Shown here piece by piece: positions 39,936-48,820 of a stretch of DNA of 64,000 bases. Position 1 is the stretch's first letter; each line of letters opens with the position of its first letter. The DNA is from an uncultured Holophagales bacterium (GTDB lineage: Bacteria > Acidobacteriota > Thermoanaerobaculia > Multivoradales > UBA5704), in contig CAWJGT010000009.1 in assembly GCA_963842525.1 (NCBI GenBank), forward strand, positions 64,001 to 128,000, given 5' to 3'. The notes beneath the pieces are model-generated. The model saw nothing but the letters and a program-made list of their open reading frames with translations, was not told where the DNA came from and searched no databases. The position numbers and the translations under genes are program-made.

Positions 39936-40750
39936 AACGACTCTCTTCTCGGCGCCCAACCAATAACGACCGTTGTCCCGCGACCCTTCCCGGCTGCCAT
40001 ATCATCTGTCTCCAAGACAACCGCCCATGTGGTCGAAATATGGCAACGGCTCTATGTCACTCGCATTCCACGACTTGACACTTATTTTAAGCGTCTTCAG
40101 CATCGGCGTCAACGCGGGATGCTCGTGTCATATGCACGCTGGCTGGACAGGTCTTGCCGGCACCATCAGGAAAATGGGCCGAAGGCCCGACCTTCTGGGA
40201 AGGGAGGCAGGGGAGAGGCCGAGTCCGGAGCTGCGAACCCCATAGCCGGCCGCCTTGGTCGCGGAAAGCATGGGCCGGCAAGGATGCCGGCGCTCCCAGC
40301 GTGCGCAAGAACCGACTTCCGTCGCTAATCGAACGGTTTGGGTAAGATCCTACGATACAGCAGCTTACCCTTCTGGCACCTGGTTGCTTATCCGCTACTT
40401 GGCCGTGCGTAGAAGCAGCCAGTTGTAGCGACGGAGAAGATTCTGCCGGAGAGGCTTCGGAGAGCTTCCGCGCGAGCGCGATCTGCTTCTCCACCGCATC
40501 GCGGCGTACGCGCGGGGATCGGAGGGGCCGCAGCCTTGACGAAACTCATCCGCCCTGGCGGCCCCGTATCCGGTCCGGAGCCCGATATCCAGGCCAGATG
40601 TCGAGTCCCGCGTAATTCCGTGGCCACCTTTTCGAAATATTTCGTGGCGGACAGAAGGGGGAAGAGAGCAGTCCCGGATTGGGCCGGGTGGCGGTGGAAT
40701 CCGGGACTGTTTTTGACCGAAGGGGCCGAGTTTTCAGCAGTTGCTTTGAT

Positions 40751-40993
40751 TCATTCTGGTCTTCGCGCCCAGGAGTTGGCAATCCAGCGCCGCAGGCCGA
40801 CACGGACGTTCTTGAAACGGGCGGCCGGCCGGTTGTTGTGATACCACCTGAAGGTCTTGGTCTCCTCGAGAATGTTGAGATCCTGGAAGTCTGCGATCAG
40901 CTCGTCGACAAACTCTTCGTCGAGCTTGCGATCGAACGGGTACTCGGGGACCTGGTTTTGCAGGTAGTCGAGGATGGGTTCGGGTGTGTTCAT
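40751..40993 (-). CDS. Small transposon accessory protein
   Basis: 80-aa ORF coupled to the ATPase by an ATGA overlap. Confidence 0.7.
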   Translation of the reverse strand: MNTPEPILDYLQNQVPEYPFDRKLDEEFVDELIADFQDLNILEETKTFRWYHNNRPAARFKNVRVGLRRWIANSWARRPE

Positions 40994-41796
40994 GAGCGCA
41001 TCTCCTCGGCGGCTTGCAGGACGTGCTCGGGCTCGACGAGCTTGGCTCTGGAAGTGGCTGCGGCGGCCAGGGCGTGGTGGGCCAGGGTGTCGATTCTGCG
41101 CATGATGCCCTGGGAGGCTTCAAAGAGGGCTTCCTGGGCGGGGGCGGTGAAGAGGGGTCGATCCAGGCCGGCGATCTTGAGGCGATGTTCGAGGTAGCAG
41201 CAGGTGGTGTCTCGGTCGAAGCCGCGCAGGGTGAAGCGGATGGTGATGCGCTGAGCGAGGGCCTCCAGATGCGACAGGCGCAGGATCTGTCGCAATCCGG
41301 ATTGACCGGCCAGGAGAAAGGCAAGCCGTCCTTCTGCGTCCCATTCAAAGTTGGCGAGCAGGGGGAAGAGGGCGAGGACGTCGGGCCTGAGGTTGTGGGC
41401 TTCGTCGACGATGAGCAGGACGGTTATGTGGCGGTCTTTGACGAGGCGTTGGATCTCTTGCTGGACGAGGCGGAAGGTCATGGCGCGAGACCATTCGGGC
41501 TGGAGGCCGAGTGCAAGGGCGAGTTGGCGGCAGAAGTCGGCGGGGTTGACCAGGGTGTCGTGCAGGTACACAGCGCGCACCTGGTCGGGGTGGAGATCGT
41601 CGCGCAGTCGCCTCAGGGCGGTGGTTTTGCCGCTGCCCGGCTCGCCGGTGAGCAGGCCGATGGCCCTGGAGTCGACCAGGTAGCGCAGACGGCTGTGGAG
41701 CTCTTCGAGCCCCTGAGGCCGAAACAGAGAGTCGGCGGTGAGGGGGCCGTGGAAGGGCGGCCGGGTGAAGCCGAAGGCGGTGGTATAGAGGTTCAC
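40990..41796 (-). CDS. ExeA-like AAA+ ATPase (transposition helper)
   Basis: GEPGSGKT Walker A; LLIVDEAHNL Walker B; ALAQRI. Confidence 0.9.
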   Translation of the reverse strand: MNLYTTAFGFTRPPFHGPLTADSLFRPQGLEELHSRLRYLVDSRAIGLLTGEPGSGKTTALRRLRDDLHPDQVRAVYLHDTLVNPADFCRQLALALGLQPEWSRAMTFRLVQQEIQRLVKDRHITVLLIVDEAHNLRPDVLALFPLLANFEWDAEGRLAFLLAGQSGLRQILRLSHLEALAQRITIRFTLRGFDRDTTCCYLEHRLKIAGLDRPLFTAPAQEALFEASQGIMRRIDTLAHHALAAAATSRAKLVEPEHVLQAAEEMRS

Positions 41797-43121
41797 TGGG
41801 GCTCCCCCTGATAGAACTTCTTGGCGATGAGCTCGAGGTAGCTGATGCCGGTGGTGGGCGCTTCTCTGGCCGGCTCGCTGTTTCTTTCGAGTCGGCGCAG
41901 GGTGGCGTTGGTGGCGAGGTCGAGCCGGCGCAGAGGCAGCTCGGCGCTCTGGCCTTTGCGGCAAAAGTGGACGGGCCGGGCGGGGTCATAGGGATCGTAG
42001 AGGACGTCGACGGTCTCACCGGCATAGCCATCGGGAGCCTCATAGAGACGGCCGTCGAGGTGGACGGTGCGGTCGCGGCCGACCCGGCGGGTGACCTTCA
42101 TGCGCAGCCAGGCCTCCAGGTGCTCGGGGGCCGGGCGGATCAGGGCCTGGTCCTTCAGAAAGCGGTCCAGAGGCGTTTGCCCGTCCAGGCCGCCGTGGGC
42201 AGTCTGGTGATACTCGCCCTCCAGCCAGGCCCAGAAGACGCGGTTGAGCTGGGCCAGATCGGCGAGGACCTCGCTGGTGAGGTGGGGGACAAAGGCGGTG
42301 CGGACGTGGCGGAAGAAGCGCTCGATCTTGCCGCGACCGCGCGGCTTGTGGGGCCGGGAGTGGACCAGGGAGATGTTCAGCGTGGCGCAGATGACCTGCA
42401 GGTGGTGGGTGCGGAAGGTGGCGCCGTTGTCGCAGTAGAGCCGTCGCGGCAGGCCGCGGCGCAGCAGAGCCTGCTTCAGAGCGTCCTGGAAGCAGGCGGC
42501 GTTTTCGGCCAGGTAGAAGGCGGCAAACGGCACCATGCGCGAGGCGTCATCGAGGAAGGCGTAGAGGTAGGTCTTGCCGCCGTCCTTGCGCCCCGGCACC
42601 AGCAGGCGGGGCCCGTGCATCAGGTCGGAGGTCCACAGGTCGTTGACATGCGGAAAGGTGAAAGCCAAAGCGTCCGGCTCGGCGCTGGACCCTTGGCGGG
42701 CCGGCACCGCCTGGGCGGCGAAGAAGCGGTGCACGCTGCTGCGCGACAGCCGCAGATTGGGCGCAAAGCGGCCGCACAGATGCACGGCGCGGATCAGGCT
42801 GTCGAGCGAAGCACCGGGCCGCTCGGCCCGCAGCGCCAGCAGCAGATCCTGCACCTCCTCCGGGATCGCCCGCGAGCGCCCGGCATCGGTACGCGGGCCC
42901 GGCTTGAGCCCCTCAAACCCATGGATCTGGTACAGCTCGAGCCAATCTCGCACCGTCGAACGGCCGACGTGGCTGCGCGCGCTGCCCGGGATCGTCCACG
43001 TCTTTTCCGCGATCGCACACAACAGCTTCTCTTTTTCGCGTGGCGCCAACGGCCGGCTGATCAGCTCGGCAATGACGCTGTGGCGAAACAACGCAATCTG
43101 CTCTCTTTGGCTCTCATCCAT
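41793..43121 (-). CDS. DDE integrase/transposase (rve core, Mu-like C-terminus)
   Basis: LWTSDLMHG, FLDDASR, LYCDNG, GKIERFFR. Confidence 0.93.
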   Translation of the reverse strand: MDESQREQIALFRHSVIAELISRPLAPREKEKLLCAIAEKTWTIPGSARSHVGRSTVRDWLELYQIHGFEGLKPGPRTDAGRSRAIPEEVQDLLLALRAERPGASLDSLIRAVHLCGRFAPNLRLSRSSVHRFFAAQAVPARQGSSAEPDALAFTFPHVNDLWTSDLMHGPRLLVPGRKDGGKTYLYAFLDDASRMVPFAAFYLAENAACFQDALKQALLRRGLPRRLYCDNGATFRTHHLQVICATLNISLVHSRPHKPRGRGKIERFFRHVRTAFVPHLTSEVLADLAQLNRVFWAWLEGEYHQTAHGGLDGQTPLDRFLKDQALIRPAPEHLEAWLRMKVTRRVGRDRTVHLDGRLYEAPDGYAGETVDVLYDPYDPARPVHFCRKGQSAELPLRRLDLATNATLRRLERNSEPAREAPTTGISYLELIAKKFYQGEPQ

Positions 43122-43212
43122 CGCACGAAGTCTCCGCAATCGGGCTCTGGGACCATCCCACAGCCCCCGCCAGTAGCTTCGTGGCAGAACCCTGCGATGG
43201 GTAGTTACCAAC

Positions 43213-43776
43213 CTATGGAGAGGCCTCCCCTGACCGCCAGGACGGCCGGCCGTGGCGGAACAGTCCGCTCACTCCGCCGAAAAAGCAGCCCCAGGACGAC
43301 CACAGAAAGTGCCGCAGCCGCGTCAACCAACCCGCCGCCTGGCCCACCACCTCCTGCGCCCCCCGCCACCACGGAGCCGGCACTGGCCCCAGCAGCGCCT
43401 GCAGCTTGGCGGCAAAGGGCTCGTGCGCGCTGCGCAGCCAACCCCGCACCCGCCGCACCCCCGAACTGCCGCACTGCCCTGAAACCTCGGCGCCTTCGCT
43501 CGGACTCCCCGCAGCCAGACCCGCCTCCACGGCCGCCAAGGTCAAATCGCGATAGGCGCACACGTCCTCCGGCAACACCGCATGGCTGACCCTGCAACGC
43601 GGGCACCGCACCCGCCGCAAGGCCTGAAGCACTCCTGCGAGGAAGCGCTTGTAGGAGCCGTGGCCCCGCAGACGGGTCCTCTGACAATCCGGATCCGGGC
43701 AGCTCAGCTCGGGAACCGCCCCGCCGTCCATCTGCTCTCGATACTGCTTGCAGCCCACGCCCTTCAGACTTAACAT
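43213..43776 (-). CDS. Cys/His zinc-finger transposon accessory protein (DUF6431-like)
   Basis: CPDPDC...GHGSY.R...RVRCPRCRVSHAVLP; GAGGAGG RBS. Confidence 0.75.
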   Translation of the reverse strand: MLSLKGVGCKQYREQMDGGAVPELSCPDPDCQRTRLRGHGSYKRFLAGVLQALRRVRCPRCRVSHAVLPEDVCAYRDLTLAAVEAGLAAGSPSEGAEVSGQCGSSGVRRVRGWLRSAHEPFAAKLQALLGPVPAPWWRGAQEVVGQAAGWLTRLRHFLWSSWGCFFGGVSGLFRHGRPSWRSGEASP

Positions 43777-43977
43777 GGCCTCCTCTCGGAAGCCCGTCGG
43801 GTCATCCCCGGTCCGCCAAAAGACACAAGGAGAGCCCGGCGGGCTTCGCTTGCCTTGCCCGACCTCTCCACAGGCAAAATCGTCCCGCACTCCTGCGCCG
43901 ACGAATCTACCTGACCACGCTGAAAACTGGGAAAAACTCAGGCGGCGGTCACGAAATAAGGCGGGCGTCTACACCAG

Positions 43978-44313
43978 ATAAGCTTATCCACCGCGACATA
44001 AGCTTATCCGGCGCGGATAGCCTTATCCGCCGCGACATAAGCGTATCCACCGCAAGATAAGCTAATCCACCGCGACTTAAGCTTAGCTGCGGTGGATATC
44101 CTTATCCACCGCGACTTAAGCTTATCCACCGCGAGTTAAGCTTATCTGCCGCGCCTAAGGATATCCACCGCGAGATAGCCTTATCCACCGCAAGATAAGG
44201 ATCTCCGCCGCGACTTAAGCTTATTCACGGCGCCTAAGCTTGTCCACCGCGACGTAAGGATATCCACCGCAAGATAAGCTTATCTGCCGCGGCGTAAGCT
44301 TATTCACCGCAAC
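43978..44313. repeat. Non-coding tandem array, about 17 units of 19-20 bp, consensus ATAAGCTTATCCACCGCGAC
   Basis: Units counted manually; palindromic ATAAGCTTAT core; no unique spacers. Confidence 0.92.
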
Positions 44314-44458
44314 TTGGGCCGATCCGGCTCTTCTTGTGGTATTCTGCCGCAAGCCTGGCCCTTCACCGCAACCTGGACCGCGGCGGCAGACCGGCGGCGA
44401 CGTCGCGGCAGCGATGGCCGTCTGGCGCAGCTTGGGGTCCGCTCTGCTGGAGAATGGA

Positions 44459-44962
44459 ATGAGCGCGAAGGTATCGATCGAGGAGGTGTTGGCGAATCTG
44501 GAGCAGCGTGCGGCCTTCCACCGCGAGCAGGAGGCGTTGCACGCGCAGCAGGAGGCCCATCACCGGGAGCAGCGCGCGGCCCACGCGGCCGAGCTCGCGG
44601 CAGTGCAGCAGAGTCTGGAAGCCTTCCGGACGGCGGCCGAGACGGCGGTGGGCCTCGCCCGGCCGGTCGTGGCGCCCCCTGTCCCGGCCGTTGTCGAAGA
44701 GGAGGAGCTTCCACCTCCGGGTCGTCTGAGGGTCAGCCAACTGATCCGGCGGGTCGTCGCGAGCCCGGACCTGCAAGACCCCTTCGGCCCGAGCGCCGTG
44801 GCCGAGGAATTCAACCGCCGCTATGGGCAGCGCCTGGGACAGGACATCGGCCCTCGGACCGCCTCGGACGTCCTGCGCCGGATGCTCGCCGAAGGCAGGA
44901 TCCGGTTGGCCCAGAAGGGCAAGGCGGTCCGCGAGGCGATGTACACCCGAAGGCCGGGCTGA
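44459..44962 (+). CDS. Hypothetical coiled-coil plus winged-HTH-like protein (paralogue of 1403..1921)
   Basis: SIEEVLANLE..AAFHREQEALHAQQE..HREQ aligns with the first copy; PRTASDVLRRM..EGRI....GK..REAMYTR. Confidence 0.75.
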   Translation: MSAKVSIEEVLANLEQRAAFHREQEALHAQQEAHHREQRAAHAAELAAVQQSLEAFRTAAETAVGLARPVVAPPVPAVVEEEELPPPGRLRVSQLIRRVVASPDLQDPFGPSAVAEEFNRRYGQRLGQDIGPRTASDVLRRMLAEGRIRLAQKGKAVREAMYTRRPG

Positions 44963-44990
44963 CGCGGGGGGACTGCGATAAAGTGGTCGC

Positions 44991-45740
44991 ATGTCCGGCG
45001 AGCCCCTCCAGGTCTCCCGCGAAGGCCCCGCCTTTGTGGTCCGCCTTCACCGCCCGCAGGCGCGCAATGCGGTGGACCGGCGGACGGCCCAGGCTCTTGG
45101 AGAGGCCTGGGATGCCTTCGAACGGGATGGCGAGGCGCGGGTCGGCATCCTGACCGGCGGCGCCGAGGTCTTCTGCGCCGGGGCCGACCTGAAGGACCTC
45201 GACGGGCAGGCTCCGCAGGTGACGGGTGAGGACGGGCCTCTCGGCTTCACCCGCAGGCTCGCCACCAAGCCGACCCTCGCGGCCATCGCCGGCTGGTGCG
45301 TGGCGGGTGGGCTCGAGCTGGCCCTCTGGTGCGACCTGCGGATCGCGGACGAGACCGCGGTCTTCGGCTGCCTCGAACGCCGCTATGGCGTGCCGCTGGT
45401 CGACGGTGGCACCCAGCGCCTGCCGCGCATCGTCGGCCTCGGCCGCGCCCTGGACCTGATCCTCACCGGCCGCCGGGTGGAGCCCGCCGAGGCCCTGGCG
45501 ATGGGGCTGGTCAACGAGGTCGTGCCGCAGGGCCGCAGCCTGGACCGCGCCCTGGAGCTGTCCCTCACACTGGCCGCCTTTCCCCAGATCTGCCTGAACA
45601 GCGACCGCCAGGCCGTCTACGCGGGCCTCGGCGTGCCGCTCGCCGAGGGGCTGCGGATCGAGGCCCGCCATGGCGCCGAGGTGATGGCGAGCGGCGAGCC
45701 GGCCACGGGCGTGCAGGCTTTCAGGGAGGGGAAGCGATGA
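44991..45740 (+). CDS. Enoyl-CoA hydratase/crotonase family protein
   Basis: FCAGADLK, AGGLELALWCDLR, DGGTQRLPRIVG. Confidence 0.92.
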   Translation: MSGEPLQVSREGPAFVVRLHRPQARNAVDRRTAQALGEAWDAFERDGEARVGILTGGAEVFCAGADLKDLDGQAPQVTGEDGPLGFTRRLATKPTLAAIAGWCVAGGLELALWCDLRIADETAVFGCLERRYGVPLVDGGTQRLPRIVGLGRALDLILTGRRVEPAEALAMGLVNEVVPQGRSLDRALELSLTLAAFPQICLNSDRQAVYAGLGVPLAEGLRIEARHGAEVMASGEPATGVQAFREGKR

Positions 45741-46540
45741 GCGCGTTCCGGGACAACGTCGTGGTTCTGACCGGTGCTTCACGCGGGATCGGCCGCGAGC
45801 TGGCCTTGCAACTTGCCGATCAGGGCGCCCGGCTGGCCCTGTCGGCGCGGGACGTCGGTGCCCTCGAGGAAGTGGCGGAGGCGTGCCGCCGGCGCGGCGG
45901 CCAGGCAGTGGCGATCCCGGCCGACGTGGCGGAGGAGGCGCAATGCGCGGACCTGATCGCGCGGAGCGTCGAGGCCTTCGGCCGCATCGACACGCTGATC
46001 AACAACGCGGGGATCAGCATGTGGGCGCTCTTCGACCAGGTGACCGACCTCTCGATTTTCGAGCGGATCATGACGGTCAACTATCTCGGCAGCGTCTGGT
46101 GCACCTGGCACGCGCTGCCGCATCTCAAGAAGGCGCGCGGCCGGCTGGTCGCCGTCTCCAGCATGACAGGCAAGACAGGCGTCCCGACGCGCAGCGGCTA
46201 TGCCGCGAGCAAGCACGCCATGGTGGGCTTTTTCGACACGTTGCGTATCGAGCTGGCCGGGAGCGGTGTCACCGTGACCGTGGCCTGTCCCGACTTCGTG
46301 GCCACCGAGATCCGCGAGCGCGCCTTCGGTCCCGACGGCAAGCCGCTGGAGAAGAGCCCTGTCCAGGAGGGCAGGATCATGACCGCCGAGACCTGCGCCC
46401 GCCTCATCCTCCAGGGCGCCGCCCGCCGTGAGCGCGAGCTGATCCTCTCCGGCCGCGGCAAGCTCGGCCTCTGGCTCAAGCTCCTCGCTCCTTCCTTCCT
46501 CGACAACTTCGCGAGGAAGGCGATCGAAAGGGGGCGGTGA
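45737..46540 (+). CDS. Short-chain dehydrogenase/reductase
   Basis: TGASRGIG, NNAG, YAASK. Confidence 0.93.
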   Translation: MSAFRDNVVVLTGASRGIGRELALQLADQGARLALSARDVGALEEVAEACRRRGGQAVAIPADVAEEAQCADLIARSVEAFGRIDTLINNAGISMWALFDQVTDLSIFERIMTVNYLGSVWCTWHALPHLKKARGRLVAVSSMTGKTGVPTRSGYAASKHAMVGFFDTLRIELAGSGVTVTVACPDFVATEIRERAFGPDGKPLEKSPVQEGRIMTAETCARLILQGAARRERELILSGRGKLGLWLKLLAPSFLDNFARKAIERGR

Positions 46541-46547
46541 GCCGCGA

Positions 46548-47399
46548 TCAGTTTTGGTCTGGCGTGAGCTCGTCTGCAGAGGAGGCCAGGGCGGCCCGGC
46601 GCAACCACCGGTCCAAACGATCCAGGTCTGAACAGTGCAGGATCTCTTCCCGTTGCTCCAGACTTACGGCGACACCGCGCACTTCCAAGAGCTTGAGGAT
46701 CGACTCGGCAATGCCTTCAGCCCTGCCCTCGGCTCTGCCTTTGGCTCCTGCCGCAGCTTCAAGGTTGCGGATTGCCGGGTTGCCCTTGGCAATCAGGGCC
46801 TCCGCCACTGCGTTATCGGCCAGGGCCGCATCGAGCAAGGCCGCGACGGCCAGCGGCACGGCCAGGCAGCGGTCCTCGATGTAGGAGCCGGCCTCCAGGT
46901 GATCCCAACTCCGGCTCGCGGGGGACCACTCGCAGAGCCGCGGCCTCTTGACGAAGACCGAGAAGATCCGGCGCACCCCACGCCGGTGCATCTCCACGGC
47001 CTTCTCCGTCACATCCCCAAGGCTCTGCCCGGAGACCACCTCAAAGGCGATCTCCTCCAGGTAGCGTCCGCCGGTCGCTGGATCTACGCCTCGTTTGTAC
47101 ACACAGGCATCGCTGGCAAAGTCCGACTTTTCCCCGTGCCGGGTCAGAAGGTCGACGGCTGCAATGTACCCTGGGTTCACGTGAGCCCGCAGCACATAGG
47201 AAAGGTCGCTGTGCTGGGTTGCATGGGGCGACTCCGCCGGCCAGGCCACGACCCGGCGGCCGACGACGATCTCGTCCCGCGTGATCTCGGGTACGACCAG
47301 ATGATCGTCGACCCGCGGGAAACCACGGCCCGGCAGATGCAGCGAAGTGCCCGCGGCCCCGGGCGCTCTGAGACTGTAGCCTGAGCGTTTTTCGTCCAT
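46548..47399 (-). CDS. Uma2-like PD-(D/E)xK family protein with C-terminal helical tail
   Basis: HATQH, SDACV, AFEVVS, EKA...RRGV; tail EGRAEG...CSDLDRLDRWLRRA. Confidence 0.65.
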   Translation of the reverse strand: MDEKRSGYSLRAPGAAGTSLHLPGRGFPRVDDHLVVPEITRDEIVVGRRVVAWPAESPHATQHSDLSYVLRAHVNPGYIAAVDLLTRHGEKSDFASDACVYKRGVDPATGGRYLEEIAFEVVSGQSLGDVTEKAVEMHRRGVRRIFSVFVKRPRLCEWSPASRSWDHLEAGSYIEDRCLAVPLAVAALLDAALADNAVAEALIAKGNPAIRNLEAAAGAKGRAEGRAEGIAESILKLLEVRGVAVSLEQREEILHCSDLDRLDRWLRRAALASSADELTPDQN

Positions 47400-47514
47400 C
47401 GCCGATATCATACCAGAGGATCGCGTTGCGGGTCGAGGAAAACTCACGGGCGCCCCGTCCACCGAACGCCTGTCCCTGTTTCCGGGGCGCCCGACCCTCG
47501 CGAGCCAACCTACG

Positions 47515-48198
47515 TCAGCTCCGTGCCTCCTCCTTCTCGAACAGCTCCAGCGAGCCCAGGAAGCCCACCGCGGCGTTCAGGTTGTAGCCGGCAAGGTCCC
47601 GCATGAGGCTCTGTACGAAGGGTGAGCGGTCCATCCGGTCCGCATAGCGCCGCGAGATCCAGAGCGCCAACGGGATCACCGCCAGTCCGAAGAGCACATT
47701 GGCGACCAGCCACCCGCTGCTGAAGATGGCGTAGGCATCCAGGCCGAGCAGGCCCTTCAGGCTCACGACCAACAGCGGCACCCACAGCAGCGGCGCGAAC
47801 AGGAACGTCAGTTGGGTGGCCCGAATCCGCTGGATGCGGAGCGACCCCAGCCTCTTCTGGATCTCCACGATCGGTGCGCTGTAGTCGAGGCTTCGGATGG
47901 CGAACAACTGGTAGCCACCGTCGATCATGAGAAGGATCACGCTCAGATGGAGAACCACCGAGGGGATCAGGAAGCGTGCTTCTGCGACATGGTCTGCGCC
48001 GAAAGAGCCCAGCAGGATGGCGAGCCCGAGGCCGAGGAGCAGCTCGATCCACAGCAGGACGGACAGCCGTCCCAGGGCGGTTTCGGCCTTGTTCAGAACG
48101 GGCATCTGCAGAAGGCGGGTGTTCAACCGGATGCTGGCGTCCAGCTTCCTGTCCTGGGCTTCCCAGAGCTGTTTCATATCGTCGAGGTTCATTTTCAT
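47515..48198 (-). CDS. Membrane protein downstream of the ECF sigma factor (putative anti-sigma)
   Basis: MNLDDMKQLW start, four TM segments, operonic with the sigma gene. Confidence 0.7.
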   Translation of the reverse strand: MKMNLDDMKQLWEAQDRKLDASIRLNTRLLQMPVLNKAETALGRLSVLLWIELLLGLGLAILLGSFGADHVAEARFLIPSVVLHLSVILLMIDGGYQLFAIRSLDYSAPIVEIQKRLGSLRIQRIRATQLTFLFAPLLWVPLLVVSLKGLLGLDAYAIFSSGWLVANVLFGLAVIPLALWISRRYADRMDRSPFVQSLMRDLAGYNLNAAVGFLGSLELFEKEEARS

Positions 48199-48210
48199 AT
48201 CTCCTGTTTT

Positions 48211-48717
48211 TCAAGCTGTTTGTGCGAAGTCGCGCCGGAGCCTTTGCTTGATCCGACTGATCTTGGTGCCGACGTTGGTCTCCGAGATTCCGAGGATCTC
48301 GGCGATGGTGTCGTAGCGGTTGCCATCCAGGTAGAGGATGATCAGCGCCCTGTCGAGCTCGTCGAGCTGTCCGATGAACTGTTGCAAGAGCTGGAGGTTG
48401 TCGTCCGGTTCCGCGGGCTCGGGACCCGCCGCGATTTCGAGGATGGAGTCCTCGGCCGGTACGGTGTTGCGCGATCGCCGGGCTTCGCTGCGGTAGAAGG
48501 AGATGGCGATGTTCAGGGCGATCCGGTACATCCAGGTGGAGAACCGGTAGCCGTCGTCGTAGCGGTCGAAGGACCGCCAGAGCTGAACGACGATCTCCTG
48601 CACCAGGTCCGGCCGGTCGGCCGGGTTCCTGCAGTAGGAGCTCGCCACCTTGTAGAGGATCTTCTTGTGCTCGTCGAGCAGGATCAGGAATCTGTCCTGC
48701 TGTGTTGGTTTCGGCAT
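48211..48717 (-). CDS. ECF RNA polymerase sigma factor
   Basis: DLVQE, FSTWMYRIALN, IAEILGISETNVGTKISR. Confidence 0.93.
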   Translation of the reverse strand: MPKPTQQDRFLILLDEHKKILYKVASSYCRNPADRPDLVQEIVVQLWRSFDRYDDGYRFSTWMYRIALNIAISFYRSEARRSRNTVPAEDSILEIAAGPEPAEPDDNLQLLQQFIGQLDELDRALIILYLDGNRYDTIAEILGISETNVGTKISRIKQRLRRDFAQTA

Positions 48718-48820
48718 GGGTTTTTTCCTTTGGCTCGCGGCGCTCCAGGGTGCCGCCTACACCCTATGATTCGCACCGAGCCCCGGAAAATCACACCCGC
48801 CGGACAAGGCGGCGGCCGAA

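Larger units (their letters stand above)
40599..43973 (-). mobile_element. Complete 3375-bp four-gene DDE transposon (IS481/IS21/Mu-like with ExeA-type ATPase)
   Basis: TG..CA ends; imperfect terminal inverted repeats TGTCGAGTCCCGCGTAATTCCGTGGCCACC vs TGTAGACGCCCGCCTTATTTCGTGACCGCC; 5-bp duplication CCAGA at 40594-40598 and 43974-43978. Confidence 0.9.

Noticed and set aside
39960-40598. Integron integrase or attI site
   Set aside because: No tyrosine recombinase motifs in the listed ORFs; only a lone GTTGGGC core and a REP-like hairpin (GCCGGCAAGGATGCCGGC near 40274-40291)
43978-44313. CRISPR array
   Set aside because: Units are contiguous degenerate repeats with no unique spacers, and no cas genes are in the window
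43978-44313. Chromosomal oriC, suggested by DnaA-box-like TTATCCAC
   Set aside because: Boxes end in C rather than A, there is no clear AT-rich unwinding element or dnaA/dnaN/gidA context, and a transposon sits in the array
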